Part shown: positions 1-12,200 of the stretch, one piece after another | Layout of the letters: the number at the start of each line of letters is the position of its first letter | How positions within the stretch are numbered: position 1 is the first letter of the stretch | Assembly (NCBI GenBank): GCA_049645725.1 | Contig: JBARUM010000372.1 | Span: 1-37,125 of the forward strand | Length of the DNA stretch: 37,125 bases | Direction: 5' to 3' | From: Maribacter sp. | GTDB taxonomy: Bacteria > Bacteroidota > Bacteroidia > Flavobacteriales > Flavobacteriaceae | Translations under genes and position numbers: made by a program | The notes under the pieces: model-generated | Told to the model about the DNA's origin: nothing | What the model saw: only the letters and a program-made list of their open reading frames with translations | Database searches by the model: none

Positions 1-1026
1 CAATATGTAGTATGCGGTAATGTAGGTGGTGAGAATGAGGGAGGTAATTCTTCCTGTAATCTTAAATTCAATTCTTTTTCACATCCAGACGTTCACTTCG
101 CCTTTCCTGTTGCCAATTCAGACAAGGTAAAGTCACATGCCGTAAGCAATCACTATATGCAAGAATGGCGGCAATTTATGGTCGAACAGCCCTACGGAAA
201 TCTATTTGATTGGTATAGATTGATTGACATTGAAAAAAAACAGGGGCAGATCGGGGTTGACGAAGCACTGGATGTTGTTAAAAAACTCTCATTGAAGTCC
301 TACGAAGGAGGTTATAAAGTTATGTTGATATGGATGGCCGAAAAAATGAATGCATCTGCCTCCAATAAACTTTTAAAGCTAATTGAGGAGCCGCCGGACA
401 AAACAGTATTTCTTCTTCTTTGTGAAGATGCGGAACAAATTATACAGACCATCAAATCCAGATGTCAAGTATTACATTTTCCACCATTGTCCGAAGATGC
501 CATAGCCAGTGCCCTAATCAAAAAAGGAGGCTCCAAACAAGAAGCGATCCGCATAGCACACGAGGCAAACGGGAACTTTAACAAGGCACTGGATCTATTA
601 AATAACGACTCAGAAGATTTAATCTTTGAAAAATGGTTCGTACAATGGGTCCGAAGTGCTTTTAAGGCTAAGGGGAATAAAGCTGCTATTCATGAACTTA
701 TTCTTTGGAGTGAAGAGTTGGCCAGGACAGGGAGAGAAACACAAAAAAAGTTCTTGAATTACTGTATCATGGTTATGAGACAAGCATTACTTATTAATTA
801 TGGTGCCGAAGAATTAGCATATATGAAAATTCATGCCGATGGTTTTAAATTAAAGAATTTTGCCCCTTTTGTCCACGAGAACAATATTGTAGAAATAACC
901 GAAGAATTGGAACGTGCTATATATCATGTAGAACGAAATGGAAACGCAAAAATAATTTTTACCGATCTGTCGATAAAGCTAACCCGTTTACTTCACAAAA
1001 AAGCAAGTACTTTGGCAACAGAATAG
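1..1026 (+). CDS. holB: DNA polymerase III subunit delta' (5'-truncated by window edge)
   Basis: Frame is open from base 1 (QYVVCGN...SCNLKFNSFSHPDVHFAFP) into the listed ORF at 157. Clamp-loader motifs AEKMNASASNKLLKLIEEPP and TIKSRCQ (SRC motif). Ends at TAG 1024-1026. Confidence 0.93.
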   Translation, partial: QYVVCGNVGGENEGGNSSCNLKFNSFSHPDVHFAFPVANSDKVKSHAVSNHYMQEWRQFMVEQPYGNLFDWYRLIDIEKKQGQIGVDEALDVVKKLSLKSYEGGYKVMLIWMAEKMNASASNKLLKLIEEPPDKTVFLLLCEDAEQIIQTIKSRCQVLHFPPLSEDAIASALIKKGGSKQEAIRIAHEANGNFNKALDLLNNDSEDLIFEKWFVQWVRSAFKAKGNKAAIHELILWSEELARTGRETQKKFLNYCIMVMRQALLINYGAEELAYMKIHADGFKLKNFAPFVHENNIVEITEELERAIYHVERNGNAKIIFTDLSIKLTRLLHKKASTLATE

Positions 1027-1057
1027 AAAACATGTTCTTCTAATTAAAAAACTTTAT

Positions 1058-1456
1058 ATGGAAACCCTTCTAAAAAGCGCTACGGAAATTCTACTCCTTC
1101 TATTCCTGATTATTACCTTTTTGCAAAGTGGTATTGACAAAGTATATGACTGGCAAGGTAATTTAGCATGGCTTAAAGGACATTTTGCAGAAACTCCCTT
1201 AAAAAATTTGGTTCCCGCTTTGTTGGGTACTGTACTTATTGTTGAAGTGGCTGCAGGAGCGCTTTGTATTGTTGGAATATACCAACTCCTTATTCTAGGT
1301 AACAGCACTATGGCCTTTTATGGTGCCATTCTTTCCTGTTTGGCCTTGCTAATGTTGCTTTTTGGACAACGTATGGCCAAAGATTATGAGGGGGCGAAGA
1401 CCATAGCGGTATATTTTGTTCCTGCTATTTTTCTTGTATTTCTGTTACAGAGCTGA
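1058..1456 (+). CDS. DoxX-family small membrane protein
   Basis: 132 aa with about 4 hydrophobic segments; FLQSGIDK and LLFGQR..KDY motifs resemble flavobacterial DoxX-like proteins. Confidence 0.75.
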   Translation: METLLKSATEILLLLFLIITFLQSGIDKVYDWQGNLAWLKGHFAETPLKNLVPALLGTVLIVEVAAGALCIVGIYQLLILGNSTMAFYGAILSCLALLMLLFGQRMAKDYEGAKTIAVYFVPAIFLVFLLQS

Positions 1457-1499
1457 AAAGCCTATTTTTTTTTTAAATTTAAGTTTGCCCAATGGCTTA

Positions 1500-1530
1500 A
1501 AAAACAAAACCCTCCAAAAAGGAGGGTTTC
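1500..1530 (-). terminator. Intrinsic terminator of the tRNA transcript
   Basis: Minus strand reads AAACCCTCC-TTTTT-GGAGGGTTT followed by TGTTTTTT, starting a few nt after the tRNA 3' end. Confidence 0.8.
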
Positions 1531-1533
1531 TAG

Positions 1534-1604
1534 AGGCATCGAGCGGATTCGAACCGCTGTACAAGCTTTTGCAGAGCTGCGCCTAGCCACTCGGCCACGA
1601 TGCC
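1534..1604 (-). tRNA. tRNA-Cys(GCA), canonical
   Basis: GGCATCG TG GCC GAGTGGCTA GGC G CAGCT CTGCAAA AGCTT GTAC AGCGG TTCGAAT CCGCT CGATGCC T: cloverleaf, U33, GCA anticodon, U73 discriminator; CCA not encoded. Confidence 0.97.
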
Positions 1605-1710
1605 ATTTTAAAGACGTTAAAAATAAGCAATAATTTAATCTTAAAAAGAAATGTTGGTGAGGAATAAATACCACTAGTAATTCCTCGGTAGATTTTTGAG
1701 TGGAATTTAG

Positions 1711-1782
1711 AGGCATCGGGTGGACTCGAACCACCATAAAGGCCCTTGCGGGACCTTGTCTATCCAATTCGACCACAATGCC
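1711..1782 (-). tRNA. Atypical tRNA-Cys(GCA) paralogue (C33, C32-G38)
   Basis: GGCATTG TG GTC GAATTGGATA GAC A AGGTC CCGCAAG GGCCT TTAT GGTGG TTCGAGT CCACC CGATGCC T: all four stems pair; G18G19, TTCGA loop, U73 and GCA are present, but U33 is replaced by C. Confidence 0.8.
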
Positions 1783-1795
1783 GTATATTATTATA

Positions 1796-1826
1796 CAAAG
1801 ATAAAATGAAGCTGAAGTCTGACAAA
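1796..1826 (-). promoter_or_regulatory. Bacteroidota primary-sigma promoter driving the tRNA pair
   Basis: Minus strand TTTG (1826-1823), 19-nt spacer, TATCTTTG (1803-1796): a full match to the -33 TTTG / -7 TAnnTTTG consensus, 13 nt upstream of the atypical tRNA. Confidence 0.85.
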
Positions 1827-1832
1827 ACTATA

Positions 1833-2195
1833 TCAAGCTATTCTATTAAATTTTAGACAAACTGTCACTTTTTCCACATCACCGCCAATAGGAGGGTTTA
1901 TTTTAGAAACACATACTTTGGTTTTTTTAACTAAATCAATCTCTAAAAAGATACGGTCGCTTATTCTTTTAGCCACATGTTCCAAAAGTTTAGACGCAAT
2001 TGCCATTTCTTCCTTGACTATCCTATTAATATGTACATAATCTACGGTATCCGATAATTTATCCGAACTGGCTGCTTTAGAGAGGTTAGTTTTAACAGAA
2101 ACATTTACCGAATAGTTACTTCCTATAATAGTCTCCTCAGAAAGACAACCGTGATAAGCGTATACCCTAATATTATCTACATGAACTGTTCCCAT
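1833..2195 (-). CDS. folB: Dihydroneopterin aldolase
   Basis: 120 aa; YAYHGCL.EE, DKLSDTVDY, LLEHVA and K.NPPIGG motifs. Confidence 0.93.
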   Translation of the reverse strand: MGTVHVDNIRVYAYHGCLSEETIIGSNYSVNVSVKTNLSKAASSDKLSDTVDYVHINRIVKEEMAIASKLLEHVAKRISDRIFLEIDLVKKTKVCVSKINPPIGGDVEKVTVCLKFNRIA

Positions 2196-2240
2196 GGTAA
2201 GAATAAAATTTGGGTAAACTTAAAACAAAGAAACGGGATA

Positions 2241-3185
2241 TTAATAGGTACACCTACAATTACTGATACCCTGGAACAGATCTACCCCTAAGGTCACCAC
2301 GTGGGTTCCCGAACTGAATCCCAGGATTTCGTTAAGAATAATCTGATAGGAATATCCAAAGTAAAAATTACTCTTCTTTAGACCTGCTATAGGTGCAATG
2401 TATAAAGGATCTCCAATCTGGTCGTTCAAAAACCTATAGGTTACCCCCGCATAATAATAATCCTCAAAATCGTACCACCTGAACTTCACGTTTAAATCTG
2501 TGACCGAACGCCCATCACTTTCGAAAAGTTGAAAAAATATAGATGGCTCTATTTCTAGATTACTACTCTTATTCTTCGTGTACCTATACCCTGTGTATAA
2601 ATAGTAGTTTCTAAGCCTATTGGGTTCGAAAATGGGATTGAACGCAGAAAGATCCTTATCTAAAAGGTTAGATGCATTTGCACTTATGTAAAACTTGTCA
2701 TACCTGTAGAGCAGTCCAACATCAAAATTGTGGTTTGTAGTTGCCCTATCATCCGTCACGCTGGGGTCTAGTGCATCAAAATTTTCGATATCTATTCGGA
2801 ACTGGTTGAAATTGTAAGATAAACCAAAGGACAGAAATTCATCGTCGTACCTGTCCAATGTAAGGTGGTGGGCAAAAGAAACTCGCGCCCCACGCTGTTT
2901 GGTTTCGCCATTACTATCGTTATAAAGCAATGCTCCTATACCCGATTTCTCACCAATACGCATATCTGCCGCTAAAGACTGTGTGTCCGGTGCGTCTTTA
3001 ATACCCACCCATTGTGTAAGACCATTTACCCTAATTTTCACATGGTCACCAATACCGGCATAGGTCGGTGACATCACGAAAGGGTTGTCCGCCAGATATT
3101 GTGAGAGCTGCGGAATGGTAAGCTCCTGACCTCTTAAGGCGAAGGCACTTATCAAAAAGGCCAAGGTCAATAGTCTATTGCGCAT
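2241..3185 (-). CDS. sprF: Type IX secretion system PorP/SprF-family outer-membrane protein
   Basis: 314 aa with a signal peptide; SQYLADNPFVMSPTYAG, QWVGIKDAP.TQ, FGYSYQ and GTHVVTLG motifs; lies 18 bp downstream of a type-B-CTD giant protein. Confidence 0.85.
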   Translation of the reverse strand: MRNRLLTLAFLISAFALRGQELTIPQLSQYLADNPFVMSPTYAGIGDHVKIRVNGLTQWVGIKDAPDTQSLAADMRIGEKSGIGALLYNDSNGETKQRGARVSFAHHLTLDRYDDEFLSFGLSYNFNQFRIDIENFDALDPSVTDDRATTNHNFDVGLLYRYDKFYISANASNLLDKDLSAFNPIFEPNRLRNYYLYTGYRYTKNKSSNLEIEPSIFFQLFESDGRSVTDLNVKFRWYDFEDYYYAGVTYRFLNDQIGDPLYIAPIAGLKKSNFYFGYSYQIILNEILGFSSGTHVVTLGVDLFQGISNCRCTY

Positions 3186-3203
3186 AGTTTTTAGGTTAAG
3201 TTT

Positions 3204-6200
3204 TTATCTGTAAAGCGTAAAATGGCCTACGAATTCTCTATTATCTTCTTCTCCATTAAGTTTAATCAGGTACCAATAATCTCCTGTTGGGAGTTCATTT
3301 TGCTGATAGAAACCATCCCAACCTTCATCATTCAATCCAAAGCGGTATACCTCCCTACCATAACGATCAAAAATGATGGTTAGTATTTCTGGGAAAGCCT
3401 CCATGTTTCTTGGTATCCAACGATCATTCTGACCATCACCGTCCGGGGTAAAGAAATTGGGAATCTCTATATCTATAAATTCCATGAAAATATTTGCTTG
3501 GGCCTCACATCCATTTTCATCAACAACTGTAACAACATACGTGTCGGTCCTGTTGATGATGAAGGTATTGTCATCTCCATTATCCCTTTCTCCAAAATAG
3601 AAGGTGTATCCTTCCAAGCCTCCTTCTGCAAGGGCTGTAATTTCATTTATATTATTTTGTTCTAGAGTTAATGTCAAAGGTTCAAAAGCTTCAATTTCAA
3701 AATCGAAAGTCTGAACACAACCATTGGCATGGGCTATTGCAATATAATGCATCCCCGGAGCCGTATTCCTGAAGTCAGGGTTTAACTGCATATCAGCAGG
3801 GTCCGTTGAATCCAATGCATAGAGTACATCTCCAATAATCGTTGGGTCTTCCAAGGTAATATTCACATAGTTGTCCGGCGTGTCTCCTGAACATTCGTAA
3901 ATCGGTTCAACCAAGGCGGTCAAGTTTACACCAGGATTAATATCTAAAACGATGTTAGTCTCACAACCGTTTGCGTCACGCACAAACACCAAGTAATTAC
4001 CACTAGCCAATCCGTTAAATACCAATCGGTCTTGTACGAAATCCATATCACTATTAGAATTTAAACTTGTTCTGTAGGGTGCTGTTCCACCAGCAACTTC
4101 CAGGGTAATGGAGCCATTTTCATCTCCAACACAGGTTTCATCCAAAGTGGTGGCGGTTACGGTTAGTAACGACGGTTCTGTAATTGTATATTCCAATCGC
4201 TCAAAACATCCGTTTTGATCTTGCGCTATAACTACATAATTCCCGGGAGCCAAGTCTGTAAATGTATTGTCCGTATCGAACTGATTAAGGTTTGGAGAAA
4301 TCGCATATTGATATCCACCCGCTCCACCAGACAATTCCACTGTAATACTACCGTCATTTTCTCCAAAACAGCTTACGTTAATAACCTCCTCAGTATAACT
4401 CAAAGGGATAGGCTCAATAATATCTACCTGCTCAGCACTCACGGTACAATCCTCACTTATTACTTCTACATAATATGTCCCCGATGCAAGTCCTGTAAAA
4501 TCCCCAGATGCCTGTGGACCGGCAATTCTAGAACCAACGCTTAAGGAAACATCTGTATAAACGGAGTATAGGTAGTTTCCTAGACCTCCATCGGCATCTG
4601 CAAAAATAATTGCCGTGCTTTCTCCTGTGCAGTTTATGAACGCTGCTGAGGTATCCACATCCAAAGTCAAAGGCTCAATCACATCTTCCTCAATCTCATT
4701 GGATAGAATCGAAGCACAGTTAAAACTATCCCGAACATAGTAACGATAAGTTCCTGCTGTGATATTATTAAATACATGGGTGTTAGGCCCATTTAATCCA
4801 TTCATGGGCAAATAATTAGTGCCATCTACACTGTAACTGTAGGGCCCTGTTCCTCCTGTTGCGGTTAATTCCAAAACGGCATCCGTCAAACAAGTCAGTG
4901 GGCTTAAACGTATTAGCTGGGCAGAAACTTCAGATGGATCAATAATTTGAAGCCTGTTCGTTTCACTCATACATCCGTTATCATCGGTCACAGTTACGCT
5001 GAAGAATCCAGCTCCAAGTCCATTAAAAGTATCTGATGACTGTCTAACTGACGTTTGCAATGGTGTCGTTGTAGTCATATCGACATAAACATTTAACTGA
5101 TATTGATAAACGGGCGTAACATTTCTTGGTCCTAAAGAGGCGGTAACTGAAGCATCATTATCACCATAGCATACCAGAGTGCTTGCCGTCAAGGATGCAA
5201 CAATATCATCAGGCCTTACCAAAGTAATAGTATCCGTATAATCACAACCATATGCATCTGTCACCAAAATGTCAAAATCTCCCGCAGACAAGTTTGTGAA
5301 AATAAATGCAGACACATTATTTTGAGTGTAGTTCTGACCCGTTGTTGTATTGTCCAAAACAATTGTATACGGCCCTTGCCCCCCATCTGGGTTAACCAAC
5401 AAGCTTCCTTGGTCATTGGAACAACTCACACTTGCTTGCTCCGTAATTACTGCCGTTATTGGCACTTCTGGAGCTATAACAGTTATTACGTTGGAATTCT
5501 CAACACAGAAGGGTGCTTGAGTCTGAGTTATTCTTACATAATAGGCTCCTCCGGGCAAATCTGTAATAATTAATGGTGTAGTTGTATCACCAGGTCCAGA
5601 TTGTCCCACAATTGGGTTATTACTTGAATCAAATACTTGATACGTATAAGTTGTACCGATATAATCTGAAATTGCAACGCTAAAACTTCCATCATCCACG
5701 CCATTGTTCAAACACTCCTCATCCGTCAACTTGGTAGCAGCCACATCCATTTCGGGTGGTGCTTCAACAGCATGCACTGTATTGATAACACATCCTGTAT
5801 CCAAATTAGTGATGGAAATACTATAATTTCCAAAACCCAACCCGGTAAACAAGCCTGTGGTATTATTTCCTGTATAAGTTACGTTTATTCCGTTAACCTC
5901 ATACTCCAAATTAGGCGTTGCTGTACTTGGATTTACGGTAACACCGACTTGAATTTGAGCATCATTTCCTGGGTTACAAGTCACGCCAATAAGGTCGTTC
6001 ACTACAGGATCCGTTATTTCGACAAAAGGTGTAATGGCAACCGTTGTAGCCACCACATTTCTACAGCCATTCTCATCGTAAGCAAAGATATCGTAGCTTC
6101 CTCCTGCAAAATTAGTTTCTACATAAACCGAATTTGGCCCATCTTGTACTGTAGTGGCCGTGGTCGTGTTGATGAATTCAAAACGAACATAATTACCAGA

Positions 6201-9200
6201 GCCGCCAGCAATGGAAGGAACATCAATTGTTATGGTAGCTTCATCCGAATTATTGCCTGTTGTACATGCAAACTGTACAACTGATGCATTCACATTAGAT
6301 ATAACGTTTGGTTGTGTAATAACCTGACTAATATCCTCCGTACAGCCGTTTGCTGCCGTTACCCTGATTGTATAGGTTATTCCGGCAATTGTACCTTCAA
6401 GCCCTTCAAAAACTGCAGTCGCAGCTGTGCTACTTGTGGCAGCGATCGGGAAGGTTGCACTACTTCCTGGTCCGGAAATAATGGTGAAAGTATATGGGCC
6501 TATACCGTTATCGGGATTGGCATTTACACTAATTGTCCCATCATCTGCACCGTTACAAGTAACATTTGTAAAAGTATCTATACTAAGATTTGGTAACACA
6601 CTGTCCTCTAGCCTTTGGGTTACCGTTGTACTACAGGTATGACCAGTAGCGGTGTCCGTGATACTGAATACATAATCTCCCACCATTGTGAGGTTGGTAA
6701 AAGTTGCAGATGCGCTTCCTAATACTGGTGGTTGTGGAGTTGACGCGTCCGGGAAGGTCACGGTATAATCAAAAGTGCCCGAGCCTCCAGTTTGCGAAAC
6801 TGTAATGGAACCTCCAGAAATACAATCTATTGCCTTTACAATATCTGCACTTGGTGCAATTACGTCATACAGTATCGTTGCCGTGGTGGTTGCAGTACAC
6901 GTCCATTGGTCCGAGATCTGAACCTCATAAGACCCTGCACCTAAACCACTGAAAGTTGTGGTTGCCTGCGATGGTCCAAAAGGTGTTCCATTGCGCAATA
7001 GTTGATATGTGTAGTTACTTCCTTGACCTCCAATAGTACCAATTACCTCAATTTCTCCTGAGAAGTCCGTACAATTGGCTTGATTGATCTGAAGGCTTGC
7101 AGTAATTGGTGTCGGGTCTATCAGATTAACATCTGTAAGCCTTTGCATACAATCATTCTGATCCTTAATCCAAACTTGATAGTCGGTTCCTGGAGCTGTT
7201 CCTCCGGATAATCCTGAAAATCTAGTATTGATTACAAAATCCCCCGCCAATGGTGCTGGGTCGGTAGTGGGAGCCACAAAATAAGTATAGTCCCCCCATC
7301 CGCCTTGCGCATCTATAACATCAATAATACCATCATTTAAGGTACAAGTAACCTCCTGTACTTGGGTGTTACCCGTAATTGCCCCGTTAGGACCAGCAAT
7401 AGTAAAGAATTCCGTTGCCGTACAATCTGGATTTGAGTCTTGAACAATATCAACACGGTACTCCCCAGCTCCAATCGCAAATGGAGTTGTAGGGCCAACA
7501 TTCACAGTGGTTCCATTGGCACCGGCAATAATAACATCATCACCTATGGCAACCGTGCCTTGCGAGTTATAAATTTGCCATGAGAAGCCTCCGGCATATG
7601 GATTAATAGGGTCGTCTATGGTAAAAGAAACCGATCCATCTGTTCCATCACAAACAACATCGACTACTGTTGCGGTTATATCAAAATTATTTGGTTCTCC
7701 CACCGTATGTGAAATAGAAACCACGCAATTGGTGTTTATGTTTCTAACTTCAAAGTTGTGCGTGCCAGTACTTAAATTCGTGAAGGTATTTGAAGCTCCA
7801 AACACACCGCTAGGAAGTTCTCTAAACTCATAGTTTGCAAGACCGGCAGGTGTACTAGAGTCCGTAATGGAACCAAAAGCATTTATTGTAATATTCTCAC
7901 CTGTGATACAAGAAATTGTTTGATCAACCGTGATCGTTGCTGGTAATAACTGATCAAATGGAGCAATACTAGCCGTTGCAGTTCCTATACAACCATTGTC
8001 ATCAAAAACATTAATTGTATAATTACCTCCCGCCAAGTTAGTCTCTACATAGGTGTCATTAGCACCATCTTGTACTGGAGTAACCAAATCTAGATTGTTA
8101 AAAAACTGGTAGCGAACAAAGGTATTGGAGCCTCCTGTTACACTTTGAACAGAAATACTTGCATTATTCTGGTTGTTTCCGGAGGTACATGCAAATTCTA
8201 CCGGTGTATTCATGGTAACCGCTATAGCACTTGGCTCACCAATTGGAATTGCCACACTGTTAGTAGGGCAATTATTAGAAGAAGCTGCCGTAACCGTTAC
8301 TATATATCCTGCCCCAGTTGTTGGCGCTAGTCCCGTGAAAGTGGCGCTAGTATTCGTTGTGCTTGATGGATTAATACTTACAACACTGCCGTCACTATCA
8401 GTTATCTCAAAGGTATAAGGTCCGATGGCATTGTCTACCGCAGAAATGGTAATCGTACCATCAGTATCTCCATTACAAGTTACATCCGTAGCTTCAATGG
8501 TATTAACTGTAGGTTCCAATCTAGTTGGAACCTCAACTGTAAAAATCCTAGCGGGACAAGTTGGTCTATTATTGTCGTAAACCGATACAGTATATGTTCC
8601 TGGTGTAGCTGTTGTCCATTCTTCCGGTGAGGATAGTGTTGTTCTAATTTCATTTTCCGGTCCTGTAATTTCGTAATCATAGGAGCCTGAGCCATCTGTG
8701 GCTTCTATGGTAATGACTGCGTCTGAGCCATATGGATTAGGTACAGTTACTACTGTACAATCCAGTAATTTTGTATTTGTTGCGCTTGCTTGCAAAGCAG
8801 GATAGATACCCGCTGTATCCGCAGCGGTACAGCCGTTGGCGTCTATAACTGAAATTGCATATGAGCCTACCGCTACGTTGTTGAATATACCTCCGTTATT
8901 TACGTAAGATGTTCCTCCATCGATGGAATATAGATAAGGTGCAACTCCTCCACTGGCGTTGACCGTAATGCCAAATGGGGTGGTACAGTTTGTAGTTGTT
9001 ACGCTCGTAATCGTAGGGCTTTGGGAAATATCCATAGCGACCGTATGCGATGGTAAAGTGGTCACTGGACAGTTATACTGATCCGCAATCTCCACAAGCA
9101 CATTAAAAGGTGTTGCCGTTACATCAACTAAGTTAGAAATAGGCACTTCTACCGGATTATCCGTGGTAACAATATCCGAAATAAAGTTAGCGCTGCTTAG

Positions 9201-12200
9201 AGTATAAGTATATGTTCCTCCTCCACCTCTCGGATTCTGGATTTCGACCAATCCTGAATCGGCACAAGTGATATGTGTAAGTACATTTGGCGTAAAAGTT
9301 ATAGGGTCTAATTGTTCTACTTCTACATTTTCGCTACCTATAACACAATTATTTGGTGCAGCTCCCCTAATTTCCACAAAGTAGTCTCCCGTTCCCAGAC
9401 TTGCCGGAGTTGGTACTACAAAAGTATCCCCAGAAGTGAAACCAGCCTCTGTTCCTGATGTTATGAGTGTTGGTGCTCCAATTGGAAGCGTATCATCCAA
9501 TCGATAAAAATCCCAATCAAAAGAACCTCCTAGTTCACCAAGTGTTGTTTCTGTGACTGTATATGTAATTTGCCCATTGGTTAAACCATCGCATGTAGGT
9601 GTAACATCAGCCGAGATTTGAACAGGTGGTGGAGCTAATGCATTTACATTTTGTGAACTCTGCCTAACACAAGGGCTCGAATCACGAACATAAAAGACGT
9701 AAGTCCTACCTGGCACTAATCCTGCAAATACAAAACTACCTTCTCCGGCCGGAACCGTGTTACCCCCAGAATCAACTGTTCCCCCTGGCTGCCAAGTTGC
9801 AGCCGCAGGATTAAAATTAACAGGATTCTCCGAGTAGGTATATTCATAAGGTGCTAACCCTTCCGTTCCCTGAACGGTAACCTGAAGGTCATTGCAATCC
9901 ACGATAATGGCAGAAATACTAATATCCAGGTCATCCAGCGGAAAAGGTATGGTATAACGCGGAAGGTCCGTTCTACAAAGCTCCGTGGTACCTGATACGG
10001 TTCTAATAGAAGGCTGTACTTCTGTACCTGAGGAGTAAGCCGCACCCACAAAGCTATCACCAGATTGCCAAGTAGTACCTCCATCCGCACTAAATTCTAA
10101 TGTTCCTATCGTAGTAGGATAGTTAATGAATGTAAAGCCGTATAAATTCGGGTCAGGGTCGCAGTTTACAGGGGCTTCGCCTTGTATGTCTGCCGTAAGT
10201 TCTAGTGGGTTGGTAATCGTCACTGGAGTTTCCGTACGGTCACAACCGTTTGCATCGGTGACGATAATCGTATAATTCCCTGTCCCAAGATTAAAATAGT
10301 TCTGGGTCGTTGCTACCACATTGGTATTAGTCTGATCCGATGCCCCACCATTATCCAAATCAATAATTTCAATAGTATATGGACTATCGCCAGCAGTTAT
10401 GTTTACAGCTATGGAACCTGTTCCATCATGACACTCGGGAGCGGTCGGTGTTGCCGTGTACGCCAAGGTGACCGCAGGTTCAACCGTTTCGGTGACCATG
10501 AACTGGCAATGTGGGTCAATTCCATTATTATCCCAAACAAAGACATCGTAATCCCCATCGTTCCCCGTAGTAACGGCAAAAGTATTGGAAGCTCCAAAGT
10601 CCGTTAAAACGGGCACGTTGCCGGTTGGCATGAAGGCATAGACGAAATTTCCATCACCACCTGTGGCATTTACGGTAATACTACCATCTGCACAAGAGCT
10701 GATGTCCACAACGTCAACAGTTGCATTTAAGTTAGGGTCTAAAGAAACTGTTTGGACGTTTGATGCCAATGGACATCCAAATTGATCCCTAACTTCAATA
10801 TCATAGGACCCGTTGGATAAATTTTGGAACGAAAACGTGGTAGCGGTAGCAGGAGTTGGTGTTCTCCAAGGGCCACCATCTATTCTAAATTGGTAACCTC
10901 CGTTACCAGCAGTTACATCAACAAGAATTGAACCATCATTGTTTCCTGTATAACAAGCCGTAGGTGTTGCATCGAATACAATTGGTGTAGGGTCTACTAC
11001 AGTAATTGCGCTATCTATAACATCTTCACAATTATTGGTATCCCTAACGCGGATTACATAACTCTCACCTGCATTGTTTGATGAAACGTTAGTAAAAATA
11101 GGTGAGTTCTGATAAGCCCTTTCTACTGAAATAATAGATGTGTAAGGTGCGGTAAGGTCTGCATCATCACTGATTTCCAATTGATACTGATACGTTGGTG
11201 TACCTCCTGTTGTACTGGCGGTTATTGTTGCGCCGCTATTGTTACAAGTAAACTCCGACGTTATAGTGGCACTCACATCAAGTGCGGCTGGCGCGGTGAG
11301 CGCTTGACTTAGCGGGACAGTACATCCAGTCGGATCATTTACATCTTGAACAACAATAGTATGGGTTTGTGCATTAAGGCCGGTGATTGTCTGAGCCGAT
11401 GTAAATGGACCAACAAAACCGCCACCGTTTACACTATATTCAAAACCGCCAGCACCGTAGTTATCAGCATCTATGGATATACTACCAGAAGCATCGCCAT
11501 TACAGTCCAAGTTCTCAAAAGCTGTGATGGAAGCTTCAAAAGCATTACCGTCCTCAACAATTACTGTTGTATCCACATGACAATCTGGGCTATATGTAAC
11601 TCTCAAAGTATGTGTGCCAACCGCTATATTACCAAACGTGTCGGCTCCAGCTCCTGGTCCCTGAGAGACACCACCTAAAATATATATATAAGAGGCATCG
11701 AATGGTGTTATAGTAATGTTCCCAGTTCCATCACAATTGTACGCTACTGTATAATCTACAATGGGCGCAATGGGTAATGGATCTATCACAACATCCGGCA
11801 AGGTAATAAAGCAGCCAGTTGCATTTGCGTCGCGGACCCTAATTGAATAAGTGTCATTGTTTAAGTCCGTAAACACATGTCCTCCCGTTGTACTTCCTGT
11901 CCACGCACCACCGTTTATACTATATTGATAGTCTCCGGAACCACCTACAGTGGCCGTTACACTTCCAATAGAAATTTGTCCAAGTTGCGCACAGGTATAA
12001 TCTAATGTTTGAATAGCTTCCGCAACCAATTGGCTTGGCTCATCAACGTTTATGTTTTGGATTGCTGACTCACATAAGTTAGCGTCCCTTACCCTTACTG
12101 GATAAGTGCCTGCACTAAGGTTAGGGAAGTTAGTTCCTGTACTATAGTTTGTGCCACTATCTATGCTATAAGTGAAGGGTGCTTGTCCGCCAGAGTTTAC

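Noticed and set aside
1480..1487. Orphan plus-strand TAAGTTTG box antisense to the tRNAs (similarly TATTTTTG at 30953-30960 antisense to gltX)
   Set aside because: No correctly spaced -33 element, and such boxes arise easily by chance in AT-rich DNA.
1531..1718. Direct repeat TAGAGGCATCG (1531-1541, 1708-1718) as attL/attR of an integrated element
   Set aside because: Both copies are the 3' ends of full-length tRNA-like genes, and no integrase or cargo lies between them.
1462..1776. 104-aa minus-strand ORF
   Set aside because: It runs through both tRNA genes and the terminator and has no protein-like features.
1711..1782. Atypical tRNA as the suppressor of the gltX amber codon, or as tRNA-Sec/Pyl
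   Set aside because: Its loop CCGCAAG contains no CUA or UCA, it has a short variable loop and a 7-bp acceptor stem, and nothing in the sequence links it to gltX.
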